From Patellaria atrata CBS 101060 (Eukaryota), in the NCBI GenBank assembly GCA_010093705.1, contig MU006095.1:930001-994000 (forward strand): a stretch of DNA of 64,000 nucleotides. The letters are read 5' to 3'. Position 1 is the stretch's first letter. The number at the start of each line of letters is the position of its first letter. The translations under genes were made by a program, and so were the position numbers. The notes beneath the pieces are model-generated. The model had not been told where the DNA came from. It searched no databases and saw only the letters and a program-made list of their open reading frames with translations. Positions 27,801-38,037 of the stretch are shown here, piece by piece.

Positions 27801-28304
27801 ACTCTGATCGTCTTTTGAGCTATCGTTACCGGTAATTGACAGGATTGACACAGGGGATGGAGCTTCCAGGAGATGTAGGTCTTGCACAAGTGGCTCTTGA
27901 ACGGTATTTGGAGCGCATTTAGGACTGTTATGAATTTTGCCCTTCGAAGGAGTGGTCTGAGATAGAGTTCGTAGTGACAGGTGACCGGTAATCCAGCTTG
28001 ATTCACTAAGGGTTGGAGAGATAAGGTGTCTTCCAGAATATATCTGCTTAGCATTTTCTCCTAAGCTAAGTGAAGTTCGGGAGTTAGCTGACAGAGGGAT
28101 GTTCTCATTCATTCTCTGCCGTGAGTTGGTTTGGAGGGATAGAAAGGATGTCACAGACGCCGGAGAGCCCATACGATAAATATTATGTCGGACAGTTCCA
28201 TTTGACGCGTTATCTGTTAGAGCGGAGCTTGGTCGAAGGTGAGGATCATCACTGAAGGATCGCTTGAAAGGGCTGACAGGTGGTATTGACAAAACAGACG
28301 CCAT
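24847..28304 (-). CDS. Rho guanine nucleotide exchange factor (DH-PH), multi-exon
   Basis: KRRKILEELIASEEGYIGDLKVL and TFADLLIK/PIQRVCRYPLLL DH motifs; PH-like exon (GHVILCGVLHVAY) and long final exon. Confidence 0.88.
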
Positions 28305-28985
28305 ATCTTTGTCCTTATTTCGGATACAGATTCATTGGCGTATTAAGAGGACTGGAACACGAAGGTAAGACTAGAAGGTAATAGTAAAGCTGTAGAAGCT
28401 TTGCAAACAATAACTGAAAAAAAAACAATTGAATTCTTTCTACGGAAGCTGGGAAACCGCAATGCTAGTATCTGGAAAGCACTGTGTACGATTGACATCC
28501 AAGGAGCAGATAAAATACAAACCATAATCCAGATCTACCAGCGGTAAGTCCCACATTCTCTGTCACAGAGCTAGATTCTCTCGCACCTACCTGTACTGAG
28601 GTACAACGAGCAGCAACTAACACTATCATACGTAGGATACATGGCAGGTTTGACGTCTTCGTTTCCTTTGTAGACCACATTTTACAAACCCGGCTTTATA
28701 CCACTGTATAGATACATAAGCTATCTAGTGTACTGCCTAGGTAGGCCATCACCATTGGAATTGGAATGGTATCGAGGAGCCGTGTTGTGACGGTGGTATG
28801 AGTACGAATAAAAGGAAGAGACGAATATAAGAGCGGTGAAACACCGGCGCCTGCCCCCACCTCATAGAGCTCCCTCCAAGCGCCACTTTTGTATACATCT
28901 TGAGATAGCTATCCTATTGACAAGCTAATTCGATATTTGCTCTATACAAACCAGCATATTTGGATCTCTTTCTTTGTTGAGCTAG

Positions 28986-29830
28986 ATGGGTCTTAGAATG
29001 GATGATATACATGCTCCCACGATGTCCTCTGGACCTACATCTAATGGCTATTCGAATGGGGTTCCAAAGAAACATATGTCTCTCATGGAGCTCATCGCAG
29101 AGAAAGACAGAGTAGAGAGCGAACTACTGGCTCTAGCTTCTGTGCTAGAATCTGTGAGTGCCTTACATAGAACTGTACTATGGCTTTTCTGACCACTTTG
29201 AGTGCAGCACGGAGTCAATATGAATACTTCTTTAACCACGCTTGATGGCTATCCCAGAGATGACCTTGATATTGCACAGAGTACGCCCGGGTGGACCCTC
29301 AAGCATCCAAACTGCTCCTGATTTCAAAACCTAGTACGCACAACAAGGGCTCGTATAATCCACCTACGAAATGATCATAGGCAGTTGATGGGACGAATCG
29401 AGGCAGGTCTCCATGAGCACCATGCATCGGCTGCCACACCAAGGCAAGCTGAGTCGACCAGCTCCTCGAGAGAAGACAGCTCAAACATTTCATCCTTCGA
29501 GGCACCTTTTGCGAAAGTCAATACCGTTGTCCCTGGGAGCCCTGCAGAGACAGCTGGTTTGAAGGCTGGTGATAGTATAATTAGCTTCGGAAATGCTAAT
29601 TGGATGAACCATGAGAAACTCAGCAAGGTCGCAGAGGTTGTGTCGCAAAACGAAGGCGTAAGTCATCCCATCTGCAAAGTCACTTCGTAGGGCCCTAATT
29701 AGTGCACCAGCGGGCAATACCAGTCAAAATTTCGAGGAGCAATCCACCTCAGCGAATTGAGCTACAGTTAACACCACATCGCGATTGGGGAGGGCGTGGT
29801 TTATTAGGGTGTCATCTCCTTCCAATATAA
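28986..29830 (+). CDS. NAS2: 26S proteasome assembly chaperone p27/Nas2 (PDZ)
   Basis: MGLRMDDIHAP, HGVNMNTSLTTLDGYPRDDLDIAQ, RTTRARIIHLRND, PFAKVNTVVPGSPAETAGL, WGGRGLLGCHLLP. Confidence 0.95.
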
Positions 29831-30417
29831 ATTCTACATAGCTTGCTGGCTGGTACCTTCGTCGTCTTCGTGGCATTCATGAGTGGAAGCAGTCGAGACG
29901 GTGCATTGGGCTCCTGGCGTTCCTAAGATTGTTTCATCGGCGAATGCGGTATGAAGGTATGATATTCTAGGCAACTACAGCGTATTGTAGCCTTGGGTGA
30001 AGGTCCTGTTTCAAAGACGCTCTCGTCCACACAATTCTCATATCTTGAATGCTGGCGTTGATAAAAGGAAGTTTCGAACTCGTCTGCTGTGACTTTTTGT
30101 TGGTAATCGTGATCTCACATTTGCCAGGTAGCGAAAATTGCCAAGGCTGGCAAGTGATCGGGACATTGCTGTCACAACAAAACTCTTGCAGCCCACTACG
30201 CCCACCATCTTCTACCCGACTACTTATTGCCCCCACGAACAATCTTTGCATCCTCTTCTTTAGCACATTCACACATATTTCCTCTCTATTAACGATCTGT
30301 TTTAGAGGTAAAAGCCCTTTGATTGCGATCATCAGATTTCGATAGAACACTCGACTGACAGACCAACTCAGAGCTCCGACGAACCGCAACACAACTGTCT
30401 CCACATCTGCCTACACC

Positions 30418-31343
30418 ATGGCTGAAGCTGCGCAAAATGTTCCAACCTTCAAGCTTGTTCTTGTCGGCGATGGTGGTACTGGAAAGGTGTGTATCTTATT
30501 TCTACAACCTGCGATCGTCCACAGCCATCAAACCGCGAACATACCTTCCGTTAGCTGTAGAGATTAGTACTAACGTTCATGTGCTTATCAGACTACCTTC
30601 GTCAAGCGCCACTTGACTGGTGAATTTGAAAAGAAGTATATTGCCACACTAGGTGTTGAGGTCCATCCTCTCGGTTTCACCACGGTATGTCCAGGGTCTG
30701 ATCCTTTGAATCTTCAGCGTATCGGCTTACAATCAAACAGAACCTCGGTCAGATTCAATTCGATGTCTGGGATACTGCCGGTCAAGAAAAGTTTGGTGGT
30801 CTTCGTGACGGTTACTATATCAATGGACAGTGTGGTATCATCATGTTCGACGTCACATCCCGTATCACTTATAAGAACGTTCCCAACTGGCACCGTAAGC
30901 TATTCGTTTTATCGGACTCTAAGGCTGCTATAGATATGTACTAACGTACAAAGGCGATCTCGTCCGTGTCTGCGAGAACATTCCTATTGTATTGACTGGC
31001 AACAAAGTCGACGTCAAGGAGCGCAAGGTTAAGGCTAAGACGATTACTTTCCATCGCAAGAAGAATCTTCAATATTACGATATCTCGGCTAAGTCGAACT
31101 ACAACTTCGAGAAGCCCTTCCTCTGGCTCGCCCGGAAGCTTGTTGGCAACCAGACCTTGGTAAGTTGCACGGTATCTTAAAGTCAAGCCGTTAATTACTA
31201 ATCCGATACAGGAATTCGTCGCTGCTCCCGCTCTTGCTCCTCCCGAAGTTCAGGTCGATCAAGCTGTCCTCGAACAGTACGCCAAGGAGATGGACGCTGC
31301 TGCTCAAATGCCCCTTCCCGATGAGGATGATCAAGATTTGTAG
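30418..31343 (+). CDS. GSP1: Ran GTPase
   Basis: [64 protein letters not shown], acidic tail PDEDDQDL; four introns. Confidence 0.98.
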
Positions 31344-31893
31344 ATGACATCTACATTCGCTTATGCGAACTTGTCTGAGGTTAAGCATGCATCCTCACGA
31401 CTACGATTAAAATGGGATATTAATCACGGATACCATGTTATGGAGGAATCGGGATGGTAGTGCATTTCGGGGTGTGTTTCTTTGCTTGTGTGGTATTTGC
31501 TAGCATTCCATCTAGAGAGCTTCACAGGTAAACAGTCCACTCACTGCCTTAGTTCCATGGAGTGCTTCAATTTACAGTCTAGCAAGGGCTACTTTACAGC
31601 GAGTCATTTCTCTTCTTCAGTAGATCTCGAGCTAATTTCTTCGAATGAACCTAGCTCTCGTGGGAAGGTTGCAGCGAGCTGGGCTATAGATAAACCCAAT
31701 TGTATGTAGATTCAGCGACGATTGTTTGGAGTCAAACGAACGGTTTCGTCATCTGCAGATACATGTGACACACTTCTCCCTTTTCATAACTGTAATTGCC
31801 TTTTCCTCCCCCCCACAGCTTATAAAACTTCGCAAACTTTCATTGACCAACCCTTTTGATTTCTACCCTACTCGTTCTACAATAATCGGCGAA

Positions 31894-33512
31894 ATGAAGA
31901 TTAAAGGGAAGCAAGTAATCTCAGTTCAGATCAAGGCTAAAGTCCAGAGTGGCTAACGTTAGATACAGGCCCGCTTCCGCTGACTCCAAAGGTCGGAGTT
32001 GCGTTGATATTGAGTTGAGATGCACTGATAGTGAAACCGATAACTTCGATGTGATTGAGATTCGTCACCCTTAGTTCCCGGCTACGTATCTTGGGATCTC
32101 GTTCCGGAGAACCATACGTGTAGCCGATAATGAAGATACCTCTGATCTACCACCCGACTTAGGAACATTTCCGTTGTACGCTGTTGATACCTACAAGAAT
32201 AAGCTGCCTGAGAGTATTAGTGAAAAGGGTGGGGTCTTCTTTCCCATGTATCGTAAGTATGTCTTGCACGCGTTATTGTGTGGAGATCTAATGTGAAATA
32301 GAGCGAGAAGCGATGTGGATCAACTTTACAAGTTCAAACCCATTCGCCGTCCGTGTGTTCGTCGGTGGAGTTAATGCCATATCTGGGGATCCCATGGTTG
32401 AGACCGAAGATACTATACTACGGCGTCTAAAGCTCGTTGAGCAGCATTCATCCATTCAGGACTACCTAGTCACATCTAAACAGCATTGGCTCGATGGCAT
32501 TGCCGACGAAGATGGGAAAGTGAGACAGTTTGTCGCTATGTCTGTTGGTTCGGGATATTCAGCGGAGGTGCAAGTGACTGGTGAAGAATATATCCGTGGG
32601 ATGCAATTCGAGATCACCCCCGCAGGTCATCGAAAACTTGAACTATCAAAACCACGAAAGAAATCGGAAGGCCTTCGCGAAGAATGGGAGAGGAGAAATG
32701 ACAAGGGCAGATGCAGGCAGTTTTTCATCAAATCACTAGCAGGAAAGTCGATCGCTGTCGATATGGAACTTGAACGCACAGTAGGGGAGCTGAAGCTAAT
32801 CGTTGAGGAACGAGAGGCTGTTCCTTACGATGACCAACATCTTCGTTACCAGGGTCCCCCACTGCAAGACCATATTACTCTAACAGATGCCGGTATCAAG
32901 GGTGGAGAAACTCTAAATCTCACTATTCTTCTTCGTGGTGGCGGTGGGGAGATGGGCATCGCCGCCGGCGGTCTGATCAAACAGAGTATCATTCGCGATA
33001 CATACGACTCTGGTGTGTGGGATCGTTCGTTGACCACCTTATTCAACGTTCAGATTCTCGACTCCGCTACCTTTTCTCAGATCACTGGCCAAGATCCACC
33101 CCCTACACCTATCACAGCCGAAACCTATGCAGAGAATGACCTTCCCTACTTCCAACTATACGACGAGAAGCCGTCCGGACTTAAAGGCTCGTTCGATGGT
33201 CTTAAATCTGTTAACCAAATTGACAAGAAGAATCCAGAGACTAAGGCGGAAAGCATTGCTGAGGTCAGCAAATCTCACAACCATCTGGTGATCACGCTGG
33301 GTGCTAGGAATCCCGCCCGTCCCTTCCGCACTGTCACTGAAGTAGAGAAGGAGTTGAAAGATCTCAAGATCTCCCAGGAAAAGTCAACCGCAGCCCAGCA
33401 ATCTACTTCACATGCGAGTGACAATGAATATAAGGACGATGTCGATAAAGATAGCGATGAGGACTTCGAATATGAGGGCGAGGATTTGTGTCAGGGGTTT
33501 TATGATGTTTAA
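31894..33512 (+). pseudogene. Uncharacterised fungal protein with internal ubiquitin-like domain; in-frame TAG near 5' end (possible pseudogene)
   Basis: ISFRRTIRVADN..LPPDLGTFPLY..GGVFFPMY/QREAMWINF..WLDGIA..VRQFVAM, UBL ending LRGG, EMGIAAGGLIKQ; TAG at 32072-32074 interrupts exon 2. Confidence 0.6.
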
Positions 33513-33888
33513 GTGGAATAATCTTTGGAGTTATGATATGCTCAGGATTGAGGAGTCATTGTGGCTCATACTACCACTTCGAACGGGCTAGCTATGGGAA
33601 AGAGGACCACCTCTCAGTCCATGTGAGGGTTATCTAAAATGAGCTTCATACTTCCTGTTTGCAGTGTTGAGAACCTTCTCTGCGCATACAGCAACTTACT
33701 AGCGTCACAGCGTTATCAATGAAGCGTGTGATTAGCTTTCTTTACAAGATGCGTGATACATCAGAACATGATCTGAGGTAGATTGAGCAATTGATAATGC
33801 TACGCAACCCAGAAACAAACCCAGAACTCCTCTCACCGATACTCTCTAATCCTGAGAGCTCAGTAATCGCGTCGTACTTTCATAATAC

Positions 33889-34735
33889 TTACACCCGGGC
33901 TGATCCTTCCACATTCTTCTCTGACGTGCGGTTCCGCCCCTTCGTGCCCATCCTCCATGAATCCACCATAGAAACAACCCAGAGCAGGAACCCAAAGACC
34001 AAAAGGGGTATCATAATCCACCTGGCAGCTTTCTATCCACACATCAGCACTCACTTAGACTAAAAAAAAAACCAAAACGAATTCCACTTACCGACTCCCT
34101 ACACGTATCATTCATCTCATCCCTCAACGCAACCATCACTGCGCGTACCTGGCACGTCCAACCTTCAGTCGTATAATATCCCCTTTGAGTAGACATATAC
34201 AGACGACCCGCACTCGGCTGGCTAGGTATAACCCACGTCGCGCTATCCGCCTCCTTAATGAAGGCATATACCAGAGTGCAGATTGAGAAGGCTGTGCTCG
34301 CCGCCGCCATAAACACAATTATAAACGAATTCCAGCTTTGGTGGTGGCACTGCGATATCTCAGCCTTCATCCCTCCATAACGCTCAACCGCCCCCATACA
34401 TCCCCCCCTGGTAAAAAAAAGAAAAAAGGGCCAAGTCATTAAGGGAAACAACTCACCTTAATCTTCGGCACACTGGTAATGGCCCCGACGATCCCTGCGC
34501 TCGCAGCCACGGAGCCAGCAGCGAGTATCAGACGATCGGAACGCCTTTCGAGGTTGGCAGGGAGGAAGGGCATACTGTGCCCGCGTAGGTTTCCAACAAG
34601 GTTGGACGTCCCGGTATTTTCCCAATCGTTGACATGGGAAGAGATGGAGACCTCGAGGCCGATGAGGGTGAAGCCGAGGATGGCGAGGATGGACCCGGTG
34701 GTTATGGCTACGGTGGGAATGAGGGCGGGTGCCAT
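33889..34735 (-). CDS. Small four-TM membrane protein (MARVEL-like topology), 3 exons
   Basis: Four hydrophobic segments; TTEGWTCQ..TCRES/KAARWIMIPLLV pattern; GT-AG introns. Confidence 0.65.
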
Positions 34736-36006
34736 TTTGTGATACTTCAGTATTGTGGGAACTGCTGTTTGCTTCTAGAGAAGCGTGGGGGAGGTAGTTC
34801 TAGAGTTTAGGGTAGAGTTGGGGGATTAGGGATTAGGAGTGTGAAATGATATATTTCACTTATATCTTACTTTACAAAGACTTCTACTGTACTTATAACA
34901 TCATTGAGACGTAACTTAGGTAACCTGAGCTCTTGGTGCTTCACCGCAGCTTCAGCTCGTTCTCCCGTCCCGTCATGTCTATACTGGGGGCTAAAACAGC
35001 AAGAACGCAAAGATGGATCGGAAGCGGCGACGCTGCGCTTTGATCGGCTTGCTTGCACGGCTTGGTACTTGTTGGCATAATAGAGTATAGACGCGGTCGT
35101 CGAAAGAACGTTGAGGGTATCGGCTTGTCGGCAGTGGTGTTGGTTTGAAGGATTCCGATCCTTGTTTCAAGTCGCCAATCACACCCTATCGATTCTGAAA
35201 ACCGTCATGGCACTGGAGCACCAGGAGTGGTGGATGACCCAGCTCTTACTCAGGCATCGCGAAGGCAATGCAGGAACGACGTCAGGAGACTGGGGAGATG
35301 AGGCATAGCCTTCCTCTAACATTGTCTGCGGAATCCAGTTCAAGTAGAACTAGAAGTAATGGAGGGAACCATTAAAGTTAAGGTGTCTTTAGCCCTCTTC
35401 CCTAGAGCAAAGAGAATAATATTTATCTGCATAGTAGCTGTGATAGTAATATCTGGTGTCATTTACCTACCACATCTATACCTCCGAGAATAGCACCACC
35501 TCAGTCAGTACCCAGACTCTCATGTTATCAGCATCATCGCCGTCTACGTGGACTTTGAAGATTCCAGCGTCATCGATCTCTTTCCAATTTTGCGAATCCA
35601 TACGCTCGCGAGATCGTTGGCAGTTCGCAAAAGTTCTATACTGTGGATATGAAACCGCGAGATATAACCCTTAAGCATAATGCTATCATTTCTGTAATTA
35701 TGATTCCCGAGAAATGGACAGTAGGGAAGAAAAAGAGCTTTTAACTCAACCTCGAATTCTGTGCTTGAAAGAGAAAGAGGGAAACACCTTCGCTACCAGA
35801 TGAGCCCAAACTAACAAGAATCCCCAATTTCGGAGGAAACTGGTACCTAACTAGAGCCTATCAAGACCCCAGTGTTGCCTTACAAACACGAGAAAGATTC
35901 AAGAGAAAGATAAAATCAAGAAAGAAGAATCAAAACACCAGACCCCCTTTATCTAGAAGGCTTCCAGACTTATCAATCACCAAAAAGAAGGGAAAAAAAA
36001 GAGGGG

Positions 36007-36191
36007 AAAAAATGAATCAAAATCACAAAACAATTAGGCCCCCTTGAACCCCCGGACGGGTTTTTGCTGCCGCTGCTCCATTGACCTGAGGTTTACCGAT
36101 AAACCCGCCCGAAGGGAGTTTCGAACCGCCGACGTTTGCGTTTCGAGAGAGGGATCGTAGTCAGACTGCCTAACCGCTCTGCCACGAGGTT
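36007..36191 (-). ncRNA. Putative RNA polymerase III-transcribed, tRNA-like structured non-coding RNA (~165-185 nt)
   Basis: A box TGGCAGAGCGG (36184-36174), B box GGTTCGAAAC (36127-36118), upstream CAAC and TATA-like tract, T4/T6/T8 terminators, two long G-U-containing helices; no complete cloverleaf. Confidence 0.65.
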
Positions 36192-38037
36192 AGTTGAAGA
36201 ACGGCTTTTTACTTGGGAAATATAAAGAAGGGTAAGGCCCACTGAGAGAGGAAGACTCGTGTGCTGTTTGAACTTTGCGAATATCACGTGTGGGGATGGT
36301 TGTGAATGGCGATTGAACGGCTCTGTCACGTTAAACGGTGGTCATCGGGAGTGGGACTCCTGAGAGTTTTTTTTTCTCATTTAGTTTCTAGATAAAGCTG
36401 ATCCTCACTAACCACTCAACATCTCCGCAGTATGGGCAAGAGGAAGGAGATTCGAACGGTAGAGGAGCTGTATTGACATCATAATATATTAACTGACTAC
36501 CGGCACAACTCTACAGAAGACCCTATCCCGTCGGTGTACATGACATGGTGCGCTCTAAACGAGACAGTATCGCCACCTCATATCCTCTATCAGGATGAAG
36601 CTGATCTTGTAGGTTAGGTAATTACTCTGACCATTACACTGTTGCTCACAAGCGCTTAGTTGGTTCCCGAAGCAACCAAGTACTGGGAGCTCGTTGAGGG
36701 GGATTAGGTAAGAATATCTGCCGACTATGTAAAGGAAGCATTGAACTGTAATAGTATATTTGCTCTGAGGATATTTACTCTCTTCAATACGCATCTTCCC
36801 TCCCGTACAAGATGGAAAATCATTTACTTTGGAGAACCACACAAGACGATAGAAAACCAGGAACACGAATGGTATTGAGCACTAAACTTGGGACTAGATG
36901 TACTTCTCACTTACTATATATGAAACACCAGACAAACGTCAAAAGAGAAGAGGCATCTTCCTACACTGAACTTTCCGCATAGTTCTTACCGCGATCTGAG
37001 CGAGTACACGGATGATACTGGGGTCGTAGTGCCGTCAAGTCTCTATCTGTTACCCCAATACCTCGAGCTCGGTGGCATGAGGGAAATTTGTGGCGAGATG
37101 TTTTGTAAAAGAAACCCTCCTAGCTCTAGACTATATAGTTCGAAAGGTACCCTAGGTCATAATCCTTTTAAGTCCCAAACTCGTCCGATTCCTTTCCTCT
37201 GAAGATGAAATGCGGCAAATGCGGCAACTCCGCGCGTGATACTAAAGGGAAAATTGGAATTTACATGATAAATACTTATTTAGCGGTGTACCGGAAGTCT
37301 TGTATGGTACGTGGAAATGTCTGCTCGGCCGCTTGACTGTTGTCTGATTCATTTGGTACTGCACAATAGGTAGCGCTCCAAGGTAGTTTTGAAGTGTAAG
37401 GTACAAGTATTTTCGAACAAAAACTAGAGTCGTTACGGCGTGGGAAGCTTCCTGTAAAGGCAAATCGGTAGGAAGTCAACCTCTCCATTGTAGGTAAGAT
37501 GTGATCGCGGCTTGCCTTCGCGGGGGCGTGGCTTTCTATTCCTTACCCGTAACCGTGGCTGGGCTGATGTCAACAAGCATGAGAGGTTCTGTACAGCGGT
37601 ACAGAACCTCCACCAGAAAAGTCTTTAAACACGCGACTCGACTGCACACTGCCGGAAATCCGTAAATGTACAGCTAGACGGTTTGGTATAAGATCGCATA
37701 CTTGACTCCTAGACCCAGTTGAAACTGTTCGTTGGTTTTCTGATTTCTTGTCCTTTCTCGCTTCCAGTATTTCTCCGAATAACAGTCAAAACGAGAATAA
37801 CGAATAACGATATTTGATCTATCTACTGCACTTCAACTAAGCCATTGTGCTTGTGTATGAGTAGTGACGGTGTTGACATTCATCCTTACCTTTTCGTGTC
37901 TCCAATAAGCAAGATATTGTCGGAGTAACGCAATATCTGCAATCCAGATACTCGACGGTCTTTTACCCATAGCAGTATTCCCGAACGAACTGAAGGCCCA
38001 ACGCGACAATAACCCTCCTGGTATACGTTAGCCCAGC

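Noticed and set aside
28868..28873. GGAGCT hexamer (possible proteasome-gene element) upstream of NAS2
   Set aside because: A single 6-mer is expected by chance; cannot be supported without comparative data.
34860..35680. Coding-like fragments on the minus strand
   Set aside because: All frames are short or interrupted with no recognisable family; cannot support a gene or pseudogene call.
36072..36090. SRP RNA helix 8 (TCAGGTC..AGCAGC resemblance)
   Set aside because: Lacks the GNRA tetraloop and a fungal Alu-type 5' end, and is short for a fungal SRP RNA; left to an Rfam search.
36100..36191. Functional tRNA-Arg(ACG)
   Set aside because: No 3' anticodon strand (TCAGA) before the T arm even allowing an intron; the T stem is mismatched and the acceptor stem is bulged.
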